A stretch of 64,000 nt of DNA from Corallochytrium limacisporum Hawaii (taxonomy: Eukaryota > Protista > Pluriformea), in contig PDIP01000036.1 in the NCBI GenBank assembly GCA_002811645.1, positions 124,001 to 188,000 on the forward strand. The letters run 5' to 3'. A program made the position numbers and the translations under genes. The notes under the pieces were generated by a model, which saw only the letters and a list, made by a program, of their open reading frames with translations, was not told where the DNA came from and did not search any database. This document shows positions 55,289-64,000 of the stretch, piece by piece (within the stretch, counting starts at the first letter, position 1; the number at the start of each line of letters is the position of its first letter).

Positions 55289-55951
55289 ATGGAGTACTCA
55301 ACAGCAACTGAACCTCAGGACTGGATGTCCAATGAGGTAATGACCGGTACCACCATTATGGCAGTGGAATTCGCCGATGGTGTAGTTATTGGAGCAGACT
55401 CTCGTACTTCTATGGGTTCATACGTTGCCAACCGCGTCTCCGATAAGTTGACACACATCACCGACAACATCTACTGTTGCCGATCGGGTTCAGCGGCAGA
55501 CACTCAAGCGCTGGCCGATATGGTACGCTATTATCTTTCGATGCATTCCATTGAGCTGGGCGAAGCTCCTTTGGTCAAGACTGCAGCCTCTATGTTCCGT
55601 TTGTTGTGCTACAACAATCGTGAGCGTCTGACCGCTGGTATCATTTGTGCTGGATGGGATCCTGAAAACGGTGGCTCCGTCTACAACATACCTCTGGGAG
55701 GCATGTGGGTGCGTCAGCCTTTCGCTATTGGAGGAAGCGGGTCCGGATACATTTACGGATTCTGTGATGCAAACTACAAGAAGGACATGAGCAAAGAGGA
55801 GTGTCTCGAGTTTGTCCGCAACGCTGTATCGCTAGCCATGCATCGTGATGGTTCCTCTGGTGGTATCATTCGCCAGGCCGTCATCACCAAGGATGGTGTT
55901 GAGCGCCTCACCACTCTTGGAAATGAGCTGCCCAAGTGGCACTCAAACTAA
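55289..55951 (+). CDS. PSMB6: Proteasome subunit beta type-6 (beta1, caspase-like); alternative ATG at 55283
   Basis: Propeptide, then G|TTIMAVEF (catalytic Thr), [44 protein letters not shown]. Confidence 0.97.
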   Translation: MEYSTATEPQDWMSNEVMTGTTIMAVEFADGVVIGADSRTSMGSYVANRVSDKLTHITDNIYCCRSGSAADTQALADMVRYYLSMHSIELGEAPLVKTAASMFRLLCYNNRERLTAGIICAGWDPENGGSVYNIPLGGMWVRQPFAIGGSGSGYIYGFCDANYKKDMSKEECLEFVRNAVSLAMHRDGSSGGIIRQAVITKDGVERLTTLGNELPKWHSN

Positions 55952-56109
55952 GAATACGATCTTCCGTAGTAACAATATCATCACCACAATTGATAAACAA
56001 TACATAGATTCAACTTAGAAGTCATGAATTGAGATGGACGTAATGCCTATGATATATGCTGATGTTTGGATTCTGTGTTTGGAATGGACGTCGTACCCAG
56101 CTATCATGT

Positions 56110-56478
56110 TCACCACTTGTGCTCGGGATGTTGCTTATATTTTACATATGACTCCTTGTCAAAAGCTGATATCTCAGTCTCGTTTTCAACCCCACAGGAA
56201 GCCAGAGTAGCATCCATCCTAATGGTCAGCTCCTCATCTTTGTCTAAATTGATGATAGGATTGCTAGTTTTTGCTCCATGTGCTATGTGGTGGATTTTGA
56301 GGGTGTCAATCTTGACATTCTTGTACGGCCCGAACCCTGGTTTAGTCTGAATCCACTCTTTAGCCTGATCCAAGAGAGCCTGCCCCGTCGTATTCTCCAA
56401 ATCTATATTTTGTAAAACAATGTTTTTGAAGGTACGGTACTCAAAGCTCTTGATCACACGCACAGTCAGGACAGCCAT
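56110..56478 (-). CDS. C2orf76: UPF0538/C2orf76-like ubiquitin-fold protein
   Basis: LTVRVIKSFEYRTFKN, DTLKIHHIAHGAKT.N.IINLD, GVENETEISAF, YK.HPE.KW. Confidence 0.88.
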   Translation of the reverse strand: MAVLTVRVIKSFEYRTFKNIVLQNIDLENTTGQALLDQAKEWIQTKPGFGPYKNVKIDTLKIHHIAHGAKTSNPIINLDKDEELTIRMDATLASCGVENETEISAFDKESYVKYKQHPEHKW

Positions 56479-57099
56479 ATTGCGCGCTTTGTTTGGTTCA
56501 ACCGCCTCCACCTGCTGACGGTCTCCCACTATCCTGCCTTACAGCGATGACTGTATGCAGTCTCTCTTTCCGCATCTATTGCGTTGAGGTAGATGACGGA
56601 TATGCTCATCTTCTCGCTATGTATCTTAAAGAGCCGTGAGAGACATCTCAGTTGTTCCTCGGTGCTCTGAACTAACGAGGTTGGTCAAGGCAGCTGGCTT
56701 AGACCCAGCGGCCGATCTGAGAGGAAAATTTTGCCGTATGGGGGAGAGGTTTCCGTTCAAACTTCCCCTTCCCTCCTCCTTTCGCTGTGCTGCCGGAGGA
56801 GAGGAGGGTTCGCTGCGGTCACGCCGTCTGCAATCTTTATTAATCTCTAAGAAAACGCTGGGAAATGTTGTTCTAGATCGAGACCGGGGTGACTCTTTTA
56901 AAAGCAGACAACAACATAACTAGTCCCACGTATTTGGAGGTACTCAAAGTGTTCTAATCTCAGCAAGTGCGCTTGAACGGTGCAAAAGTTTTTGCTGAGA
57001 GGGCGACGCCAACGAGCAATTAAAGGACGGCTACCTAATAATGCATATGGGCAGTTAGGAAGATTCATGTAGAGTCAACAACGGGCTTTAATAGCGAGG

Positions 57100-58014
57100 A
57101 TGACCTCCAGGAGCATGTCTCAACCCGGACTACAGTCGCAGAGCTCTTTTTGGTGCAACAAGGAACCGGCTGGTCTGTTTGTCTCCACCTTGCTCTGGGC
57201 ATATGTCCTCTATGCCTACTATACTACAGTGTTTGTGGTCATTCTACCGTCACAGACACTGACAGCGAGCAGTGCTGCCCATATTTTATTCCTTTCTGTA
57301 GTGGTTGTGCTGATTTTGGGGGCGCAATTGCGGGCGATGCTCACAGATCCAGGGGCTGTGCCTGTAAATGACGTGTCGCCAGCCTATGCGGATCTGTATG
57401 CAGAGAGTGTTGAAAATGGGCATGCTGGCGTGCCCACGAACCATCAAATTTGCAACAAATGCGGTGCAGCAAAGGATGAAGACACCCACCATTGCAGCTT
57501 ATGCAATCGATGCATTCGGAAAATGGATCATCATTGCCCCTGGATCAACAACTGCGTGGGCGAACAGAACCTGAAGTACTTCTGTCAGCTGCTCTTCTGG
57601 GGAGCTATTGGCACACTGTACGTCGTGTACTGGTGCATATCCTTTTGGATTCATCTGACACCACGGAACCGGCGGCATATGTCTCAGAATGACTTCGCTG
57701 CGTACTTATTGACTGGTTCTCTGGGCGCACTTTTGTGCTGCTTCTGTCTTATCCTACTGGGTGTACAATTCTCGAACATTTCAGATGAGAAGACAACAAT
57801 TCACAAGCTCAAGGAGCATCAAGCGCGAATTCCAGTCATCGGTGCACCAGTCCCAGAGGTCAATCTCTCCAACATGGACTCGTGGTATGAGAGTTTCAAC
57901 ACAGCCCTTGGGCCTGGCGGGCCAATGTCGTGGTTCTTCTTCTGTGCTGGACATCCCACTGCGCCCACCAACTATATGCAGCTATCGCAGATGCCACCAA
58001 CGGGACTAGTGTGA
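57100..58014 (+). CDS. DHHC palmitoyltransferase (ZDHHC3/7-like)
   Basis: RAMLTDPGAVP, HHCSLCNRCIRKMDHHCPWINNCVGE.N.KYF, four hydrophobic segments. Confidence 0.93.
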   Translation: MTSRSMSQPGLQSQSSFWCNKEPAGLFVSTLLWAYVLYAYYTTVFVVILPSQTLTASSAAHILFLSVVVVLILGAQLRAMLTDPGAVPVNDVSPAYADLYAESVENGHAGVPTNHQICNKCGAAKDEDTHHCSLCNRCIRKMDHHCPWINNCVGEQNLKYFCQLLFWGAIGTLYVVYWCISFWIHLTPRNRRHMSQNDFAAYLLTGSLGALLCCFCLILLGVQFSNISDEKTTIHKLKEHQARIPVIGAPVPEVNLSNMDSWYESFNTALGPGGPMSWFFFCAGHPTAPTNYMQLSQMPPTGLV

Positions 58015-58589
58015 GTGATGCATCGTAAAGAACATAAAAGTTTAGGTAAGCAAGTATCAAAGTACTGTCTCTTGTGAGCGGGTGCAGTAGATTCGGACAA
58101 CCCTCAAGGAGAGCGCACGCAGGTGAAGAAATTGTCGCCTTCGCGTATAAATCAATATTATTGACACATATCTCTGTCTCCAGTAATAAATGTACTGGAA
58201 TGACATACACATCCTGTGATTGGCCGGCCCCGTCCAATCGCCCGAGCGGGCCACACGAAGGCAGGGTTGGAGAGGGAATGCGGGAAATTGTGTTCGAGAG
58301 TTCTGGGGTGACAGGTTAGCTGCGTTCCCCATAGTGAACAGCTTAGGGGCGTCATCCGCTTCATACCAGTCTGGTCCTGAGACACGCGAAAGCCACTATG
58401 TTTCCCGTGCACGTCGTGACTCGCCGGCAGTGTGCGAATATTTACCCCATTGGAAACCCACCTTCGCGACCAACACAGTCTCAATAGTGGTCCTGAAGGA
58501 GTGGGTATATCAACATCGGTCTGTTAATAAATGACCCTAAAATATTGTACTTGTATGTTTAGTTACCGTTGGGAACTATTCTGTCAAAT

Positions 58590-59435
58590 ATGGACGTGGT
58601 TGTGGACATAGCGGACTACTTCGTCTTGGACGAATACGTATTCGGGGATACCCTGGAAAAGGGCAGCCTGGAACGCAATGCAATTTCCCTTTTCCTAGTC
58701 CTTTGGATTGGTGGAACTTTGATGTACCTGTGCACAGCCTTCGTGAGCTACCATACTTTGTACGATCACAATGATATGAAGAGTAAACACTTCATACCGG
58801 GGCAGATCAAGCTTGAGATTCAGTGTGCGCTCTGGAATATCCCCTGGATGTCTCTTCCAACGGTGCTGGTCACCCTACCGGAATTGTACGGGTATGCAGT
58901 GCTTTACGACCGCATGGATGAGTACGGTTACATGTATGCTTTGGCCTCCATGTTCCTGTTCCTGCTCTTCACTGACTTTGGTATCTACTGGGTACATCGG
59001 CTGGAACATGACATTCCCTGGGTATACAAAAATGTTCACAAGCCCCACCACCGTTGGATTGTCACCACACCATTTGCATCGCATGCGTTCCACTGGGCAG
59101 ATGGGTTTGCTCAGAGTTTGCCGTATCACATTTTTGTGTATCTGATTCCTATGCACAAGTACCTTTACATCGGAATGTTTGTCTTTGTAAACTTTTGGAC
59201 TGTGTCAATCCATGACGGCAATGTGCAAGTTCCAGAGAGCCTGGCGCACATCATCAATGGATGTGCTCATCATATTGACCACCACACTCTGTTTACTTGC
59301 AACTATGGCCAATTCTTCACACTGTGGGACAAGCTCGGTGGTAGTTTCCGGTTCCCGAATGCTTATCGTGAGGGTGGCAGGGCCTACACCAAGAAGAACC
59401 AAAAGCCTAACCGTATCAAAGCCAAGGCAGCTTAA
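58590..59435 (+). CDS. SC5D: Sterol C5-desaturase (SC5D/ERG3)
   Basis: His boxes HRLEH, HKPHH and HHIDHH; FTDFGIYWVH, TPFASHAFH, VNFWTVSIHDG, NYGQFFTLWD. Confidence 0.94.
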   Translation: MDVVVDIADYFVLDEYVFGDTLEKGSLERNAISLFLVLWIGGTLMYLCTAFVSYHTLYDHNDMKSKHFIPGQIKLEIQCALWNIPWMSLPTVLVTLPELYGYAVLYDRMDEYGYMYALASMFLFLLFTDFGIYWVHRLEHDIPWVYKNVHKPHHRWIVTTPFASHAFHWADGFAQSLPYHIFVYLIPMHKYLYIGMFVFVNFWTVSIHDGNVQVPESLAHIINGCAHHIDHHTLFTCNYGQFFTLWDKLGGSFRFPNAYREGGRAYTKKNQKPNRIKAKAA

Positions 59436-59525
59436 GCATGATGACACGTATGTATATTTGACATCTTAGGGCTGGTGGAGTACACCAAGCTAATATTTCT
59501 TTAATAGATCCTTCAATTTCTTCCT

Positions 59526-60302
59526 TTAGACGTCCTTTAGGTGCTCTACCTTTCTGAGCTCCTTCTTAATCTTCTTGTATTGGGACTTGCTCTTGATCTC
59601 ACGTTTGTCCCAGGTGGACTTCTTTAATTTCATTGGCCGGTTTCCGCAGTATTTGCCGTTCATTTCGCGCATGGCCGCAATGTAGTCCTTGGTGTCCAAT
59701 AAAGACACAAACCCGAATCCTTTACTCTTTCCCGCTTTATCTTTGATTACTTTTGCTTTGGCAAACGAAGGATATTGTAAAAACATGTTGGTCAGCATCT
59801 CGTCTGTTGTGTCTGGACCTAGGCCCCCGACAAAGATCCGGTGGTCATGCTCGGGCCATTCATTTAGAGTTTCATCCTTCCAAACCTCGCCACCGGCCGT
59901 TCGAAGATGGGCCTTCGGTTGCTTGTTATGAGCGGTGTCTGAGCACTGCGTCAGAGCCTCGGTGCCGTAGGCATTGCTCACACTTGCTGCAGCAAGGGCC
60001 GCATTGCCTTGAGCCAGGGATGCTCTTTCTTGGTCCTGCTGATAGTGGTAGGCATACCATTGAGCGTACCACTGCGCATATGCAGGGTCTGTGACGTCGA
60101 CCTTTGCGTAGGGGTCGTTGTTGTCGGACTGCCGATCATATTTCTGTTGCTCCTCGTTCGAAACCTTTTTCTTTCTAGCCTGTTTTCCTTTCCTTTTCCT
60201 TGCGGACTCTTGTTCGGGTGCTGTCTGAGCACTTGTTGACTGTTCCAAATCGGCCTCGGCCTGTTCCAGCTCCGCCTGGAACCTTGCCAGTTCGTCAGCC
60301 AT
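59526..60302 (-). CDS. RBM42: RNA-binding protein 42 (RRM; U4/U6.U5 tri-snRNP associated)
   Basis: RTAGGEVWKDETLNEWPEHDHRIFVG.LG, YPSF.KAKVI, KSKGFGFVS, AMREMNGKYCGNRP.KLKKS.W. Confidence 0.93.
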   Translation of the reverse strand: MADELARFQAELEQAEADLEQSTSAQTAPEQESARKRKGKQARKKKVSNEEQQKYDRQSDNNDPYAKVDVTDPAYAQWYAQWYAYHYQQDQERASLAQGNAALAAASVSNAYGTEALTQCSDTAHNKQPKAHLRTAGGEVWKDETLNEWPEHDHRIFVGGLGPDTTDEMLTNMFLQYPSFAKAKVIKDKAGKSKGFGFVSLLDTKDYIAAMREMNGKYCGNRPMKLKKSTWDKREIKSKSQYKKIKKELRKVEHLKDV

Positions 60303-60529
60303 TGGGCACAAGAAGTTCTTGCATGTTCATGCCCAATGTCTTTCCTTATTACATCAGTCTTCCCAGGTAGGTGATTCAGACCCCCCAATATGATAGAACA
60401 CCGTATCTTCGCTCTCAAGTAACCAAGTACACACGACGCTCACTCGCATGGACTATTTCGTGGGTCTTCCCGCCAGCTCGGGCGCCCGAATAATCAATAT
60501 AACTTTAATATTGATCTCTACAATGGGAA

Positions 60530-61260
60530 CGCAGGAGGGGGGAGCGTGTTCCAAATTCCTGCTCACCAAAATCGCAGGGTCAGCCAACACCCCCCCCCCT
60601 CCCCCTTCACCGAAACCCGGACCCCCTCCCCACGGAATTCCCCCCCACCGGCAGAGAAGGGGATTCCCACCCAAGCAAAAAAACGAATAAAACGAAAAGC
60701 CAAAAAAAATAGACGGGCCTCCCTCCCGCCCCATTAATCTGCGCAGGATTATTTTTTTTTATCCTTGGTGTCCGGCCGGGTGAGGGAAGGGGTTTGAAAC
60801 GGACAAAGGCGTGTGTGTGTGTGTGTGTGTGTGTGTTTTTTTTTTTTTGGCCCCGTCCCCTCTCCGGGGCATATTTTTCTTTGCCTTTTTTTTTTCCTTC
60901 CTTTCTTTCGTTTGCTTCGGCTCCCCCCCCTTCTCTCTCTCTCCCCCCACCGCCGCACCGCAGGAAAGGGGCGAGTAAGAAAACAACAGTTCCTCCCCCA
61001 CATCCCAATAAACCACTACCACCACCGGCAGAGATCGTTTCCGGTACAAATTCTTTCGGTTTTGTTCGCACGTACGCCACAAAAAAAACTGGGACATACA
61101 CAGTGCATTTCATCACCACCACCAACCCCCTCTCCCCCGGGGAAGGGGGGAGGGGGAACCTGAGCCTGTTCGGACCCGCCTTTGTCGTCATCGCCGCATA
61201 CCTCATCGTTCTTCCGTGGAATGTGTGGACAGATGTTTATGGACAGGGGACCTTGGGGGC
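60530..61260. promoter_or_regulatory. Shared island between divergent RBM42 and cNMP-LDH genes (putative bidirectional promoter)
   Basis: Homopolymer-rich tract centred between two head-to-head ATGs (60302 and 61358). Confidence 0.6.
60811..60848. repeat. (GT)n followed by poly-T
   Basis: Directly visible. Confidence 0.9.
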
Positions 61261-61357
61261 TATAGGCTATTTCGGCGCCTAGTAATTGTCTTTTTCATTA
61301 AGTGATCAACATATCACCAAGTAAATACAACGCTAGAGAGACCTCGGATCTGCAAGC

Positions 61358-62845
61358 ATGGTTTCAGATCCCGCGAACGAGTTTAATCTGCGCAGACTTC
61401 CCTTTCTGCACGGCATCAATGATGACACTCTGGCCAAGCTCAAGTCCTTGAGCTGGACTGAAACTAAGAATAAGGATGATGTGATTGTCGAGGAGGGAAT
61501 TGAGGATGGCAAGATGTCTATGATCGTCGGGGGCCACTGTGACGTCTACAAGCGTGTTGAGGCGACGAACGAGGATGTGAGGGTGCACAAACTGCATGTT
61601 GGTGGCTTCATCGGGCTGGGCTCCATGTTCGATAAAGAGCCACACAGTGCCACTGTCAAGGCTGGTGAAGACAATACAGTTGTGGTGTTCATCAAGCACT
61701 CCGATTTTCTTGCCAACATGACCACGGACGTAAGTTTGTCCATTCTGCACTTCATGTCTAAGGAAATGAAGCTTGGGCGGTCCGAAATGGCTGTGCTTCA
61801 GAGTGACAAACAGGGTGTCATGGATGACAGCACTCGTATTCTCTTCTATTCCACTCAGGACTATGAAAAACGAGCGTTTGAAGAAGAGATGAAGAAGCGT
61901 GACAGTGACATCAAGATCCACATAGACTATCTCGAGACGCAGCTGAATGAGAACACAGTCACCGCTGCGAGGGGCTACGATGTGGTCTGCATCTTTGTCA
62001 ATGATATTTGCAACTCTGATGTTGTCCATGGTTTGCAGTCTGTGGGGGTGAAGATGATTGCTTTGCGGTGTGCTGGGTTCAACAATGTGGACCTGGCCCT
62101 GGCAACCACTTTAGGCATCACCGTGGCTCGGGTACCGGCGTACTCACCATACGCAGTGGCTGAACATGCAGCCACCCTGGCCATGACCTTGAACCGGAAG
62201 ATGCATTTGGCTGTTGAACGGGTGAAGAACGGAAACTTTTCCTTGAACGGACTTGTAGGTTTTGATATGCACGGCAGGACAGTGGGTGTGGTTGGCACTG
62301 GCAAGATTGGACAGTGCTTTATGGCTATTTGCCAAGGACTGGGGATGGAAATTCTGTGCTATGACAAGTACCCGAATGACAAGGTCAAGGAATACGCAAC
62401 CTATGTGGAGCTGGATGACCTGCTGAAGCGCTCAGACATTGTTTCCTTGCATCTTCCCCTGTTCAAGGACACCTACCATCTGATCAACGATGAGTCATTG
62501 AAGATGATGAAGGAGAACGCCATCCTGGTCAACACCAGTCGCGGTGCTCTGGTTAATGCCAAGGCTTTGATCAACGCGTTAAAGCGCAAGGGCATCGGCG
62601 GTGCTGCTCTGGATGTATACGAAGAGGAAGCGGAATACTTTTTCAAGGACATGTCACGTGCCACTACCATCCAGGACGATGTGCTCGCACGTTTACTTAC
62701 CTTCAACAACGTCATTATAACTTCGCACCAAGCTTTCCTGACTACCGATGCTTTGGGTGCCATTGCAAGCACAACCATCGGCAATGTGAGCTCTTTCGCG
62801 AGCGGCAACACCTTGACCAAGTGCGAAAATACCCTGAACAAGTAA
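61358..62845 (+). CDS. ldhA: Fusion: N-terminal cyclic-nucleotide-binding-like domain + fermentative D-lactate dehydrogenase (LdhA-type)
   Basis: C-terminal part: VCIFVND, ALRCAGFNNVD, RVPAYSPYAVAEH, GVVGTGKIG, VNTSRG, DVYEEE, TSHQAFLT. N-terminal part: LRRLPFL, VIVEEG, IVGGHCDV, GGFIG...PHSATVKA (cNMP fold). Confidence 0.9.
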   Translation: MVSDPANEFNLRRLPFLHGINDDTLAKLKSLSWTETKNKDDVIVEEGIEDGKMSMIVGGHCDVYKRVEATNEDVRVHKLHVGGFIGLGSMFDKEPHSATVKAGEDNTVVVFIKHSDFLANMTTDVSLSILHFMSKEMKLGRSEMAVLQSDKQGVMDDSTRILFYSTQDYEKRAFEEEMKKRDSDIKIHIDYLETQLNENTVTAARGYDVVCIFVNDICNSDVVHGLQSVGVKMIALRCAGFNNVDLALATTLGITVARVPAYSPYAVAEHAATLAMTLNRKMHLAVERVKNGNFSLNGLVGFDMHGRTVGVVGTGKIGQCFMAICQGLGMEILCYDKYPNDKVKEYATYVELDDLLKRSDIVSLHLPLFKDTYHLINDESLKMMKENAILVNTSRGALVNAKALINALKRKGIGGAALDVYEEEAEYFFKDMSRATTIQDDVLARLLTFNNVIITSHQAFLTTDALGAIASTTIGNVSSFASGNTLTKCENTLNK

Positions 62846-62915
62846 TCGAATCAGAGGTTGTTACCGGTGAACAAAGGTTCTTATTACAGATTTGGTCTAG
62901 CATTATATTACCACT

Positions 62916-64000
62916 CTATACCTTGATATTCTTTACCTGGTGTGAAAGCGTCGTGTACACATAGTGATCCTTTGGCACGATGCGGTTGGTGTATTCCAGA
63001 GCGCCATTGTAAGCCTCGTACATCTTCTTCCGGTACAGTTCCCTGCCCATGCCATGTTCCTTGTCCTTAAGAATGTTTTGCAGAGACCCTGCACGCGTAA
63101 TATAGTAGTTTCTGAGTTCAAGACTCAGCGGAATCCCACCCGCTTCCATGCACTTAATAATCTCATCAGCAGCCTTGTGGCAGCCAACGTAGTCATCCGC
63201 AACGTAAAGGGTTTGCAAAGACTGCACCAACAGATTGAAGCGCATCCAGTGGCCCGGACCCAATTTGGCCATCTCCGGGCTGTCCAGCATCTTTTCCAGC
63301 ATAGCAGAACGGGCCTTAGCGTCTAGGTTTCCTGTCTTTAACTGTAACAGAACATCAAAGACTTTGCTCTCAACGCTTTGGTACTGTATCATATCGACTG
63401 AGTGCTTAGGATTATTGGAGCAGGTCCAGTTTGTGTCGGGCGATTCCCACCGCTTGGACCAAGCTCGGACATCCGGCATGAGATAGGACCCGCAGGTGTC
63501 ACAGATGATGCCAGTCAATCTTACCTCCAAATTGCTGTCCACATCAATAGCCTCGTTCACACAAGCACTGCAATTGCAGACAAAGCCTCGATCCCGTTTC
63601 AGCTCACCCTTGCGAATCTCTTTCGGGGAGAAGAAGTCACAGTAGCTGATTGTCACTTCCTCGCCCTTCTTTATAGGCCGTGCTGCGCGTACCTCCAGCA
63701 CGCCCAACCTACCGGTGGAAACGTGCAAAGCATTGAAGTAACACCCGTGATTTGCCATAGCCACATGGGGAAATAAGCCGATACCGATTACCTTATTGGT
63801 TGCATGGGCCACGTCGATGATACCGTGCGAATTGCTGTTGATGACAGCACACATCTGCAAGCACTGTTTGGTAAGGTCATCATCATTTGGAAGCAATCCA
63901 GCTTCCACAATAGCTGGATTCAGTATTTCAAAGGCCTCTGTGCATGGCTTAACCCAGGGATCAGACTCCTGAGGCTCTGGGGCTTCAAGGGCTTCAATGT
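62916..64000 (-). CDS. SMYD-type SET-domain lysine methyltransferase (5' end outside the window)
   Basis: GIGLFP..AMANHGC..N, VRAARPIKKGEEVTISY, post-SET FVCNCSAC, helical C-terminus; the frame stays open to the window edge. Confidence 0.87.
   Translation of the reverse strand, partial: IEALEAPEPQESDPWVKPCTEAFEILNPAIVEAGLLPNDDDLTKQCLQMCAVINSNSHGIIDVAHATNKVIGIGLFPHVAMANHGCYFNALHVSTGRLGVLEVRAARPIKKGEEVTISYCDFFSPKEIRKGELKRDRGFVCNCSACVNEAIDVDSNLEVRLTGIICDTCGSYLMPDVRAWSKRWESPDTNWTCSNNPKHSVDMIQYQSVESKVFDVLLQLKTGNLDAKARSAMLEKMLDSPEMAKLGPGHWMRFNLLVQSLQTLYVADDYVGCHKAADEIIKCMEAGGIPLSLELRNYYITRAGSLQNILKDKEHGMGRELYRKKMYEAYNGALEYTNRIVPKDHYVYTTLSHQVKNIKV

Noticed and set aside
8367-55951. Functional cluster of proteostasis genes (UBQLN, F-box, ZFAND1, PSMB6)
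   Set aside because: Dispersed over 47 kb among unrelated genes; a common functional class with no shared motif seen.

Overview
Eukaryotic, gene-dense window with 22 protein-coding genes on both strands. None needs an intron to give a complete, conserved protein, and all three stop codons are used. The gene set (animal-type IQGAP with IQGAP repeats, GIGYF with its 4EHP/DDX6 motifs, VMP1, RBM42, a ZDHHC3-like enzyme) plus intronless CDSs suggests an intron-poor unicellular holozoan; Corallochytrium-like is my inference, not verified. Genes in order: cofH (deazaflavin FO synthase subunit with an organellar presequence), VMP1, ubiquilin, REEP5-like, IQGAP, PIG-W, eRF1, a Fos/ATF-like bZIP in a gene desert, a 1.4 kaa repeat/coiled-coil orphan, GIGYF, an F-box protein, PEX7, ZFAND1, an orphan, two head-to-head divergent TBP paralogs, proteasome beta1, C2orf76-like, a DHHC palmitoyltransferase, sterol C5-desaturase, RBM42, a cNMP-domain/D-lactate dehydrogenase fusion and a partial SMYD. 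The most striking unexplained structure is non-coding. Most gene 5' ends are preceded by a sharply bounded, homopolymer-rich, ApT-depleted 'island', which in the cases counted is bordered by ApT-normal to ApT-rich sequence, while convergent 3' ends are usually only 70-160 bp apart. This may be the sequence footprint of an ApT (6mA)-based, largely TATA-less promoter system, possibly read by the two specialised TBPs in this window. No tRNA, rRNA, CRISPR array or recognisable transposon was found.
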